DNA of 64,000 nt. Origin: Eledone cirrhosa. Its lineage: Eukaryota. Position 1 is the first letter of the stretch. Each line of letters begins with the position of its first letter. The stretch is from assembly GCA_964016885.1 (NCBI GenBank), contig OZ024743.1:232810001-232874000 (forward strand), read 5' to 3'. Made by a program: the position numbers and the translations under genes. Positions 29,895-41,810 of the stretch are shown here, in pieces. The notes under the pieces were generated by a model. That model was not told the origin of the DNA. It ran no database searches and was given only the letters and a program-made list of their open reading frames with translations.

Positions 29895-31685
29895 CTATGA
29901 AAATTTATTTTTTAGGTCATTATAGGTTTCCATAGAAACCCTTATAAGTTTAAGGTGTGGAGACGATTCTGCCTTGACGAAAGTTTTGCCCTCCGTCTCC
30001 ACCTTGAGGTTTTGGGAGATGACCTCCATCAAACTCTTGTTATTTGTGTTGATGTATGCGTATTGTTGTTTGTGTTTTTGTTGTGTTGTTTTAGTTTGTT
30101 GTTCGTCCGGGAGTTTTCTTTTTATGGTGGGTGCTTGTGATTGGGGTGGTGTTGGTGCTGGTTTTGCTGAGAGGCGGATGTTTGACTCTGGTGTTGTTTG
30201 TGTTGTTTTTTGTGTCTGTGGTTGTGTGTTGGTGTTGGTGATTGGAGTTTTGTGGGTTTTGTGGTGTCTCTTTTTTTGTTGTTTAGATTTCCACGGTTCT
30301 CCCTCTTCTTCACTTAAAGAAGGAGAAGCAGCTTCATCCGTCGATGAATAATCATCGTCAGGTGTGTGGGGTAGGGGTATGTTGTGTGGTGGTGGTGTTT
30401 CGGTGTGTGTGTTTGTGGTAGTGTTTGATGGAGTGGGATGGAGTGGGGCTGTGTTCTTCAGGGGTGTTGGCTCTGTTTTTTCTGTTGTTGTTGGTTGAGT
30501 GTCTGTTTGTTTTGGTGTGGTTGCTCGTTTCTTCTGTCGTTGTACTTGTGGTGGTGGTGGTGGTGGTGGTGGTGGTTTTGGTGTTGGTGTTGGTAGTAGT
30601 GTTGTTTTAATGATGTTGTTGTTGTGTGTTTGTGGACAAGAGGCTTTTAGGTGTGCTGTGCTACCACAGCGAAAGCAATGAAATTTTCGTCCTTCTACCG
30701 AAATATTTATTTTGTTATTATCGATGACGACTCTTTCGGGTATTTTGGAGATTCTCTCCGCTTTCATTTGCAACAGAATCTCCAAATCAGTACCCGCCCA
30801 CCTTTGTCGAATAGATTTTCGTATCGAAAGAATCATATGAGTTTCTGGCTCTACGAAGCCAGCCAAGATCCACCAGATGTTAATGTTTGGGGGTATGTTT
30901 TTTATTTTTATTTTTTGTGTCCTTTTTCCCATGTATGTAGGGAAAAAGGTGTATGCTTTTGACACCATTGGTGTCACAGAATGTTTTGGGGCGAGTGCCT
31001 CACTTTTAAACAGTACGGAAACACTTCCGTACTGTTTTCCTCGCTAGAGAAAATCGATATTTGCTAGAATTTCCTTGAAAGTAGCTTCTATATCTGCTTG
31101 GCTAACAAATGTCGGCTTTCTTGTGGAATTTGACACAGTCCTAAAGGTGACTGATCTGCGAATTGTGTCTTCCTTTATTTCAATGGGTGAGTTAATTCTA
31201 AACCCACCTCTTTCTTCGAAAGTTACAAATATTCTCCCTTGCTGGAGCATATCTCTTGCGTTGGAGATATCAAGATTTATAAAATCTTGTTTTTTGTTCA
31301 CTGTTTCAGCGAAAGACATTTTCTTTTTTTGTGTGGTGTTGCTGTTGTTGTTGTTGTTATCGTTGTTAGCCTCGGTGTTGGAAATTTCAGTTCCTTGTCG
31401 AGGTGAAACATTATGTGTAGATGTATCTATAGAGTTGTTGATGTCTTTTTCATGTGTATGTATGTTAATGGCTTTAATTCCTGTGTTTTCCTGTGTGTTA
31501 TTGTTATTTTTCTCCGCTTCGACGGTAGAAATTTTAAAATCTTCAAGTGGTAATATTTTTTCCTCTTTGTTGACAGTCGTATCTATGGCGACGTCCATAG
31601 TAGCAGAAGCAGATATAACGTTAATATCTGCCTCGTTCTCTCTCTTTTCTCTATTGACGTTCCCCAGCGTTCTTGTGTTGCTCAA
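29895..31685 (-). pseudogene. Tx1 ORF1 (nucleic-acid-binding; CFRCGSTAHLKASC zinc knuckle), broken near 31000
   Basis: ORFs 31044..31685 and 29895..30977. Confidence 0.8.
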
Positions 31686-31959
31686 GTTATTTAGTTTGTA
31701 AAATCTGATATTTTAAAACAATTTTTAAAATAAAATGTTCGCCCCTACAGGGGCAAAAAATGGGATTACCACCCAGCTGACAATTCAGCTTGGGGGTTAA
31801 TCTACAAAATGTTATGTTTTTTCAAACAATTAGTTCGGTTTTTTGCATAGAAATTAACAAAAAAGCTTACCGACGATGTTCCACGCGTCAGGCAGAAAGA
31901 GATAGATAGATAGATAGATAGATATGTTTCTTTTATTTAAAGATAGATAGATAGATAGA

Positions 31960-33265
31960 TATGTTTCATCAAAAGTGGGACAAGTACAAAGGGGGGAGTT
32001 TACACAAAAAGGCATCCTCAATAAGGAGGAGGCAATAACAAAATATAAAAATAAAATAAGATATAACAAAAAATAAAATGTTTAACAAAATCCTCAATAG
32101 AGAGGAGGCGCCTTGGGGGGTCGCACACACCCCCGAAAAAAGTGTGCAACCCTTCTCCTCAGGAGCACAGAGAAGGGGTGCTCCCTTGGTCTTTCATCTT
32201 CCTCACCTATAGTCTGATGTAGAGTGAAGGCCCATTCACACGGGCCATTCTCGCCACTTTCACCCATCTTTCATAGAAACGGCTGGGGTGCAGCACCTCT
32301 CTCTCCATCCTGATCCTTCTTCCGAAATGATATCGGAAGAAACGGACCAGTTGTTGGCCAGAGAGAAAGGTGCCTGACCTCAGTCCTTTCAGACGCGTCC
32401 ACCATACAACCTCTTTCGCCATGGCTATTACGCACAGAAACACCGCCTCTGCTTCATCTTTGAAGGGGGGAGGCGGCTTGATCATTACAATAGACTCGGT
32501 GGTCAACCGGATCGGTCCCACCCTTGACAGCAGTTGTTCGACATAGCCCCACAGATCGGCTACGCCCGAGCAGTGTACCAATGCGTGTGCAACGGTTTCC
32601 TCGTCGCACACGCATCTGGGACAGATCTTTTTGGCGGGGTCCCGACCCGGGCGCCCGTGTCTGTAGAGCCTTTCTCGAACGGGTAAAGCCCCTCGGTAGC
32701 ACTGCCAGGCCAGGGACTTCTGGAAGTTGTCCATAGGTCCTGGGCTGAATGTCCTACCGAACAGGCTGGCCAGTTCGTCCTCCTCCATGTCTAGGGCTTC
32801 TCCGAGGGCGTCGTCGCACCTGCTGCGTACCAGCCCTCTATAGAATGTTGCGGTGGAGTCTCCACTGATAACCGGATCCGCCTGCCAGAGGGCGGTGAGC
32901 GGCTGGGCACACTCAGTGTGCCAGGCGTCCAGTTTTCTCGGTCTTTGCTTGACCCAGGATTGCAGCTCGGTGAGTGAGACGAGTCTGGGAAAGGTTCGTC
33001 TCACAAACGAGGCCCACACCGGTTGTCCGGTGAGGAATACGTAGAGGTGCCGTAGCCTTAATGCGTGTTTACGCATCATTAGCCACGGCATCCCCAGCCC
33101 TCCTTTCGAAGGGTGTTGACAGCAGATGGATCTCCTCACCATAGGAGCCCGCCTCTTCCAAAGGAATTGGAAGAGCGCGCGCTCCATCTTGGTGAGGGTT
33201 TCCCTTGGGCAGGGCACTACGGTCAGGCGGTAGTAGATGACGGACGCTATGTAGGTGTTCGCCAC
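31960..33265 (-). mobile_element. 5'-truncated Tx1 LINE with an open 352-codon ORF2 C-terminal segment (32207-33265)
   Basis: Homologous to 26352-27410. Flanked by (GATA)n at 31942-31960 and 33266-33333. Confidence 0.9.
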
Positions 33266-33333
<68 letters not shown>

Positions 33334-34438
33334 AATAGGCTCATTCTACTGACCTGGCTTAAAAAGAGGCTGTTTGCATAACTGCAAACGAATTGAATAT
33401 TATTATTAATATTCGACAATACTAAATAAAGTACCAGTAATGCACTGGGTAATTGCTGGCCTTGTGCCTAAAGTAGAAACAATTATTAATATTCGACAAA
33501 CTCAGATTATATTTATGATATATATAAAGTAAACCTGTTAATTTATGGAGTTACTCACAGTTTCATAACATACAGCTTCGATTCAAATAAACGTTGTTTA
33601 ATCCCAAGAAGACGTCAGCTGATTCATGTTTTGTTGAACACTCAATAATTTCTATTCACTTTTGTTGTGTGCATTCACTGTATTCTGCGAAACATTCGAG
33701 AAGTTAAAATCAAAATATATCACCAATGGGTAACTGTTAAATAAATTAAAGCGTTATGTATCGATGGATAATTTGGATCTGCTAAATTCTAAAATCGAAA
33801 TTAATGGAACATTTAAGAAGCTATGTCGTAATCCAAAATTTACAATTAAAAATAAATAATATATAACATTATATTTCGGTAGCAAGATTACAAAACATGA
33901 ATGATTTTGTAAGTTTAGATAATCATAGATGTGATATACCCACACTATTCTACACTATCTGCTTACATTCACATACATACAATTCTAAATTCAAAGTGGC
34001 TTTGCCCAGCTGCCTAAAATGAATTAATTTTAGTGCTTTCATTTTCCGAAAGCTTACGAATTACTTTTGTTGAAATAGCTTCTGCTACATATAGGATAGT
34101 CTCTGAATTTCAAGAGCCATCCAGTGAGCATGTACCGGTTGCCTGTACATAAACAGGACGCCTCAATATGGAAAATGTTGACTGTAGTTCATTTCCTAGA
34201 TGTCGTCCCAAATTTAAATACGAAGTAATATAAACCATTTAGAAAACCAAATAAAAAGCTGGGTTATATTAACATGTCAACCACATAAGGTATTCAAAAA
34301 AATTGATAATATACCTAGAAGGAGTTTCGAAATGATTCCCCAAGTAGAAATATCTTTAACACGACAGTTCTTTCATAGCGAGCACATTCAAAAATAAGAC
34401 TTTCAATATTTCCAGTGCTAGACATAGAACATTATTCA

Positions 34439-34833
34439 CGGTGGATTGGCAGTATCGGTGAAGGGTCGGACGCCATGCTTTCCAGCATAGTTACGTCCCT
34501 TTACGATCTGATTTCAAATCCCGCCGAGGTTGACTTTGCCTTTCATCCTTACGGGGTCGATAAAATAAAGAACCAGTAATGCACTGGGAAATTGCTAGCC
34601 TTGTGCCTAAAGTAGAAACAATTATTCAATAGGCATGTGGATTGGCAGTATCGGTAGAGGGTCGGACGCCATGCTTTGCAGCAAAGAGTTACAGCCCTTT
34701 ATGGTCTGAGTTCAAATCCCGCCGAGGTTAACTTTGCCTTTCATCCTTACGGGGTCGATATAAAAAGTACCAGTAATACACTGGGATAATTGCTGGCCTT
34801 GTCCCAAAAGTAGAAACAATTATTCAATAGGCA
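34439..34833 (+). mobile_element. Two tandem tRNA-derived SINEs
   Basis: 34439-34626 and 34637-34823, each followed by ATTATTCAATAGGCAT. Confidence 0.88.
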
Positions 34834-35313
34834 TAACGGTAAAGTAAGTTTTAGCTATACTGCTAATACAAAGAATATTGTATCCTTATTGTTTTTCTCT
34901 TAGCCTGTTAATTCATTAAAAATTCATTCTATATTTTTTTTTAAATCATCTCCCTTTGTCATTCCTAGTAGCCTAACATCACTACTAGCGGCACCTTAAT
35001 AAATTCCGAATATATAGTGTATGATATTCAGTACTTATACTGATATTCGTCCCTTCTATTCGGCATCTTTCATTACCGTCATTATCATCATTAACAGCAA
35101 CATCAGCAGCAGAAACGGCAGCAAAAACAGCAGCAAAAACAGCAGCAAAAACATCAGCAACGGCAGCAGCCATGTTTTATTTTACTTTTTCTTAAACTTT
35201 TTTCAATCGTGTCTTCATAACGTTCTTCTTCTTCTCCTCCACCTCCTCCTCCTCCTCCTCCTTCTTCTTCTTCTTCTTCTTCTACTACATATAAATTATG
35301 ATATATTTTATAT

Positions 35314-35493
35314 AATTGTTTCTACTTTTTTGGCACAAGGCCAGCAATTACTTTTATTTTATTGACCTCGTAAGGATGAAAGGCAAAGTTAACCTCGGCG
35401 GGATTTGAACTCAGATCGTAAAGGGACATAACTATGCTGGGCATCATGTCCGACCCTCAACCAACCTCTACCGATACTGCCAATTCACCGCCC
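35314..35493 (-). mobile_element. tRNA-derived SINE
   Basis: Reverse complement of the SINE consensus. Confidence 0.8.
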
Positions 35494-35559
35494 TTTATAA
35501 ATTTTATATAATATTATATGAAAATAACTCCAAATGTAGTTGAAATCATTCAGTTTTGC

Positions 35560-35633
35560 TTGTCAACAACAACAAAACCAGCACCAACAACAACAACAAC
35601 ATCATCAACAACATCATTATCATCATCATCATC

Positions 35634-35718
<85 letters not shown>
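35560..35718. repeat. Compound (CAA)n/(CAT)n/(TAA)n microsatellite
   Basis: Directly visible. Confidence 0.95.
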
Positions 35719-35950
35719 TTTACCACCTCGATCATATTGATAACATTCATCAGACTATTTTTTTCATTCCTTCTATCTGGTCTCAGCGTGAGTGTGTACT
35801 GCAATGAACTTCAGTAACTTACACTCCCACATATATATACAGACTCAATCAAACACAGCCATGTACACAGAGACACAAGTATACATAATCACATACATGA
35901 TCATACCCATTGATAAATATTCATGTATATGTGTGTGTGTGTGTGTGTGC

Positions 35951-36054
<104 letters not shown>

Positions 36055-36062
36055 ACATGTTC

Positions 36063-36096
<34 letters not shown>

Positions 36097-36097
<1 letters not shown>

Positions 36098-36595
36098 TTA
36101 AAATAACAGATTAAAGTTTAAGCAAAGAATCGCTGCTTTCACCCTTAACGGGATCTTCTGAAACTAACAAAGTCAATCTATAAACGCAGAAGTGGATTTT
36201 CAAAAAAACGTTGTAACCGGGGGAAGACAGGAAGACGATACTTTGGTTCGTGGAAACGTTCCCTGGCAAAGGTAATTGTTTTTCACCGCTCCTATTAATG
36301 ACGTATTATATTCGTTTTTTCCCGTTCTTTGCCAGAGAACGTTTCCACGAACCAAAGTATCGTCTTCCTGTCTTCCTCCGGTTGCAACGTTTTTTTGAAA
36401 ATCCACTTCTGCGTTTACAGATTGACTTTGTTAGTTTCAGAAGATCCCGTTAAGGGTGTAAGCAGCGATTCTTTGCTTAAACTTTAATCTGTTATTTTAA
36501 TAAATATTTGCTCTACGGTTCTTATATATTTGATATATATTTATCCTTATCGAGCCCTCTTTGGATTTTAGTCTTCAAATTTATTATTATTACTA
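36097..36595. mobile_element. Solo palindromic pLTR of Naiad family 1 in (TA)n
   Basis: 36097-36270 is inverted relative to 36273-36595, which matches 57955-58272. Contains two HHRs (36115-36165 minus; 36433-36483 plus). Confidence 0.85.
36115..36165 (-). ncRNA. Hammerhead ribozyme, family 6 (CAGAAGA core)
   Basis: Reverse complement of the motif at 58113-58163. GAAA is intact. Confidence 0.6.
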
Positions 36596-36688
36596 TATAT
36601 ATATATATATATATATATATCATGTTTAATATAGAAATGGCTTCTTCAGGTCTAGAACTGTTTCATTCAAAGGAGATCATCAGGTCAA

Positions 36689-36739
36689 GGTTTCCTGATG
36701 ATTTCTTTTGAATGAAACATCTCTATTCCTGTAGAAGCC
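36689..36739 (+). ncRNA. Hammerhead ribozyme, family 7 (inverted partner at 36639-36686)
   Basis: GGTTTC-CTGATGA-TTTCTTTTGAAT-GAAA-CATCTCTATTCCTG-TA-GAAGCC. Confidence 0.75.
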
Positions 36740-37264
36740 ATTTCTATATTAAACATGATGTTTAAACTAATATATTAAGTACCTTATTTATTGCGGTTAC
36801 CCATACACACACATAGATATATATTGCCATAATAACACATTTTGAACTGCTTATCTTCAAAAACTATGCCTGTAAATAATATTATTTTTTCTTTCACATT
36901 ACCTTATCATGTTCCACATTACCCACTTTTTTTCTTTTTTCTTTTCACTTCAAAAACCTTGTTTGTAAATAACATTATTCTTTCTTCACGATTTCCTTAA
37001 CATGTTCAACATCACCAACATTTTACACCAATACAAATTCCCCCTTTGATAATGCATAAAATGCTGAAACCGGTAATAGACAATTATTAAATATATAAAT
37101 AAATAAATAAATGTCATTGTTAATTAATTAATAAATAAATTAACTAAAACCCAGAAAAATTAGAAAAAAATAAAAAGGAAAAAAATATATTTTTCTTTCT
37201 AATAATCGTCTTATTCTCCCTATTTTCATATATATATATATATATATATATAGGAACCAGTAAG

Positions 37265-37358
37265 ACCCCGACAGCTGAGCTCAAGCCGTTTCGACGGCTA
37301 ATTCTGGACTAAATGAAAATTTATCCTGGTATTTAAATAGCCGATCTTCTCAAGGGGT
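37265..37358 (-). ncRNA. Hammerhead ribozyme, family 3 (U3-A8 variant)
   Basis: Reverse complement of 39973-40066. Confidence 0.75.
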
Positions 37359-38244
37359 AATTCCATATATGGTCAAAGTGATTGTCAAAAATCAGTAGTA
37401 ATTCTGTGGTTGCAAATTAGTAGGGGAGATGGTGGCTAAACCTGCCAGTAGGAGAAAGAGGGGAGGGGGTGGAGTAGACCCAATCAAGCGTTGGTAGTGC
37501 CAGCTACAGCTGGGCATGAGGTCAAAGAAGAAACAGGGGAGGGGGAGGGGGAGGAAGTCGGAACGGTAGGTAGAACAATGGGGGGTAGAAATAGGAAAGA
37601 AAAAATACTGAGAGTGAAGAAAAGCAAATAAGTGTAAAGAAAAAAGTAAAGTAAATTAAATTCTACGACCTAGGTCTCAGGCTATTGTTAGGCAGAATAA
37701 AATAAAGAAAGAAAGAAAGAAGTAAAGAAATAAATAAATAACGAAATAACGAAATAAGTAAAAGAACTAGGTGGGACGGAATAGGCAAGGACCCTTTTAA
37801 GAGGTATAAGTACGTAAATGATACGGTGACGGGTCAACAAAAGGGGCCAAAATACTAAAGAGACTACCACGAAATAAACAATAAAGGTTTCCATCCCGGG
37901 CCAGCAACGACCCAGTGCAGCAAAGTGAACTTGTACGAGATAATAATTCTGAGTCCCGAGAAAAATATATACTAATGCTAACTCTAAAAGATCTAAAACA
38001 AGCTACATGAAAGTTCGTACGAAATAAAGGTAGAATACGGAGAAATAAATTCAGAATCCACCCCGCCCAGAAGAAAAGCGAAGCAAGAAATACTGAAACG
38101 AAAAAATAAGGCATAAGTGCCACTAAGAAATATAGAGGGCACAGAGAATAGTGGGAGCGGTCGGAAAAAGGGGGCAAGTATCCGGGGTCTAAGCCAACTG
38201 CTATAAAGGGCGGAGTCCGCCAAATCTATCATAGACTAGGGGAG

Positions 38245-38850
38245 GCTCATTGAAAAACACTTCCCATTACAACACCGCTACCACAACATAATTAACAAAA
38301 ATACCATCAAACTCTCTTACAGCACTACACCAAACTTCGCACAAAACATCGTCTCCTCTAACAACAAAAAACTCAACCCCGATGGCAGAAATAACCTAAA
38401 TAGCAGTGGAGAACCGACCAGGAGGTGTAACTGCCCGGATAGATCTATTTGCCCACTCGACAATAGATGCAGAGACCGTAATGTGATCTACCAGTGCAAC
38501 GTGAGGACGGATACCTCCAACAAAGCCTATATAGGACTTATCGCATGTGACTTCAAGACCCGGCTATACCAACATAGACATACCTTCCGAAACCCGGCCC
38601 GGCGTCACGCCACTACACTTTCGGGCCACATATGGGACCTCAAGGACAACAACATGACCTATGATCTCACTTGGAGATTACTGTCCAGAGCCAATTCTTA
38701 CACGGGAGGACGCCGTCCGTGCAATTTATGCTCGTAGGAAACTTTACAAATGCTGTTTTCGACGGACCAACTCCTAAACAAGAAAGATGAACTGGTCACT
38801 GCATGTAAACATAGATTGCGTAGGACTTACCTCGCCCTCAAACCCCATAA
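38245..38850 (+). pseudogene. Naiad linker + GIY-YIG endonuclease fragment
   Basis: KLSYSTTPN, CNCPDRSICPLDNRC, VIYQC..YIG..FKTRLYQH..TTLSGHIWDLK..CNLC. One internal stop. Confidence 0.85.
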
Positions 38851-39972
38851 TGACCCGGGGGGTAGACTAGGGCTATAACACCCCACTTGCCGATTTTGCA
38901 ATGGGTAACCCCTGCTTGCCAAGGAAGACGTAAGATCTTCTTTGTATTCTTTTATCGCTTCCTTTATTTCCTTCCCCCCTCTCTCTTTAGTCCTTCTACC
39001 CCAGCTCTTCTCCTTTGTCGGCGTCTTTTCTCGCCCACCCGAGGCTGCCCTTTGGCCCCATGTAGCCTTAGTACCCCCACCACCCCCTCCCCTAGTCTAT
39101 GATAGATTTGGCAGACTCCGCCCTTTATAGCAGTTGGCTTAGACCCCGGATACTTGCCCCCTTTTTCCGACCGCTCCCACTATTCTCTGTGCCCTCTATA
39201 TTTCTTAGTGGCACTTATGCCTTATTTTTTCGTTTCAGTATTTCTTGCTTCGCTTTTCTTCTGGGCGGGGTGGATTCTGAATTTATTTCTCCGTATTCTA
39301 CCTTTATTTCGTACGAACTTTCATGTAGCTTGTTTTAGATCTTTTAGAGTTAGCATTAGTATATATTTTTCTCGGGACTCAGAATTATTATCTCGTACAA
39401 GTTCACTTTGCTGCACTGGGTCGTTGCTGGCCCGGGATGGAAACCTTTATTGTTTATTTCGTGGTAGTCTCTTTAGTATTTTGGCCCCTTTTGTTGACCC
39501 GTCACCGTATCATTTACGTACTTATACCTCTTAAAAGGGTCCTTGCCTATTCCGTCCCACCTAGTTCTTTTACTTATTTCGTTATTTCGTTATTTATTTA
39601 TTTCTTTACTTCTTTCTTTCTTTCTTTATTTTATTCTGCCTAACAATAGCCTGAGACCTAGGTCGTAGAATTTAATTTACTTTACTTTTTTCTTTACACT
39701 TATTTGCTTTTCTTCACTCTCAGTATTTTTTCTTTCCTATTTCTACCCCCCATTGTTCTACCTACCGTTCCGACTTCCTCCCCCTCCCCCTCCCATGTAT
39801 CTTCTTTGACCTCATGCCCAGCTGTAGCTGGCACTACCAACGCTTGATTGGGTCTACTCCACCCCCTCCCCTCTTTCTCCTACTGGCAGGTTTAGCCACC
39901 ATCTCCCCTACTAATTTGCAACCACAGAATTACTACTGATTTTTGACAATCACTTTGACCATATATGGAATT

Positions 39973-40066
39973 ACCCCTTGAGAAGATCGGCTATTTAAAT
40001 ACCAGGATAAATTTTCATTTAGTCCAGAATTAGCCGTCGAAACGGCTTGAGCTCAGCTGTCGGGGT
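39973..40066 (+). ncRNA. Hammerhead ribozyme, family 3 (U3-A8 variant)
   Basis: ACCCC-TTGAGAA-GATCGGCTA...TAGCCGTC-GAAA-CGGC ttgagctca GCTG-TC-GGGGT. All three stems pair and the cleavage triplet is GUC. Confidence 0.78.
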
Positions 40067-40157
40067 CTTACTGGTTCCTATTACCCACTCTACTACCTCA
40101 AGTATTGAGTACTTTGGTGCGTTATGGTCCACCTGGTTCCTTACCACATTTCCTTCG

Positions 40158-40191
<34 letters not shown>

Positions 40192-40254
40192 CGACTCGTG
40201 TGCTCCTTCTTCACATTTTATTATTATTATTTACTCCCACATGAGATACAGAAA

Positions 40255-41810
40255 ATGCCTACTAAAACAAAAACAGACTCCACTCTCATTAGCACCAATC
40301 AAGAGATACTCCAAGAACTACAAAAAATAAACTCTAATTTGTCAATACTCACCAACAAACTTAATTCTACAAGAGAAGAAACAATCCCCAAATACACATC
40401 CTATGAAATCAACGACAATATCCACAACTTATGTGAAACAATAAAAACACACCTGAATAACAACACAAATCCTATTCAAACGAACGAAAAAACACATGAC
40501 ACTAATACATTTACAACTTACCATTAAAATACAAATTAATACCACAATGGTACACATCTCTTAAAAACAGGAAATTCTCCTTTTGGAAGGTGATACAAAA
40601 CAATAACAAAGTGGAGATCTATGAAAAATGGATTAACCCATCCCCATTAATCATCCCCCGCAAACTACAAATTAAATCCATCCCAAACGAACCAGAGACA
40701 CAAAGACGCCTCAGGGAAAGAATGGCACTTGATAACATAAAAACCGAAATTGAACTCCTTAAATTGAGAGCCCAAGCAAATGAAGATAGGATCAAATCAA
40801 TCGACGATGAGATTAATCAAGCAATTGTCAATAAAACCAAAGACACCACCTGAGAAAATATTTCAACACTTTGGTTAGAGGACTGTATTAAGGAAGAATT
40901 AAAATCCCTTCAACGTTGGGAAATAAACGAAACCTCGTTCTCTAACTATGAAACACTTTTCCAAAAAGAACACACACCCAAGAACCCCTTCATTAAAACC
41001 ATAATAACAAGAAAACCCAATCACCACCCAAACACCACACAACAACCAACAACAACAAAAAACAATACCTCCTCACATACCAAAAAAAGAAGGCATCACC
41101 TCGCCCATATCTCCTACACCCACCACATAGCTACCACACGGATTCCCAAGCAACAAATATAGTAATAGAGAAACATCAGCTACAAGATAGACACTACAAC
41201 TTCTCTCCCACCAGGAGAAACCATAGAATCCCCCACACTTACAACCCCTCTAACATCCCCACACAACAAACCCACAACCATCATTACTTTCAACATAGAA
41301 CCCAAAATACACAACTACCATACATGCCACATAGGGTCTCACAACTACACAGCAACTATAAGGAAACCCTAATCTACCCTCCTCCACTAACCACATCCTA
41401 CTACAACAACACCAGCAGGGGACAATACAACCACACGAGATACCCTAACCACTATAACCACGATAACTACACACCATAGAACAACAACAGCAGGACTCAA
41501 TATAACCACACAAGACAACGCTACTACAACCACCACCAAGTCTACACACCCTAAAACAACAGCAGGCCTCAACACAACCATACAATACAACCCAACTTCA
41601 ACAATCACAACTACACACCCTATAACCACGTCCATCAAATCTACACACCCTACAACAACAACAGCAGAACTCAATACAACCACACGATACAACCTAACTT
41701 CAATAACCACCACAGCTACACACCCACTAACAACAACAGCAGGGGCCAATACAACCATAAGAGACATCCAAAACTCAACAACCACCACAACTTCCGTAGT
41801 CATTTTTTTA
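40255..41810 (+). pseudogene. Neptune 1 ORF1-like region (coiled-coil N-terminus + Asn/Tyr/His-rich repeats)
   Basis: MPTKTK..NQEILQELQKINSNLSILTNKL and IYEKWIN..PRKLQIKSIPNE..KTEIELLKLRA. Homologous to 44440-45597 (minus). Confidence 0.7.

Larger units (their letters stand above)
26115..31897 (-). mobile_element. Full-length Tx1/L1-clade LINE (decayed)
   Basis: ORF1 with a CCHC knuckle; ORF2 with APE endonuclease, RT and C-terminal CCHC. (TCTA)n occurs at both ends. Confidence 0.9.
37253..40158 (+). mobile_element. Naiad-type PLE family 3: inverted arm 37253-38243 + EN fragment + 3' UTR/pLTR
   Basis: 37253-38243 is the reverse complement of 39090-40080. (TA)n lies at both flanks. Confidence 0.88.

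Noticed and set aside
34045-34200. Possible minus-strand exon (AG...GTAAGC)
   Set aside because: All three frames contain stops between the candidate splice sites.
37688-39643. Identical hydrophobic ORF pairs on opposite strands
   Set aside because: They are T-rich 3' UTR sequence duplicated in the inverted arm of the Naiad 3 insertion, not membrane-protein genes.
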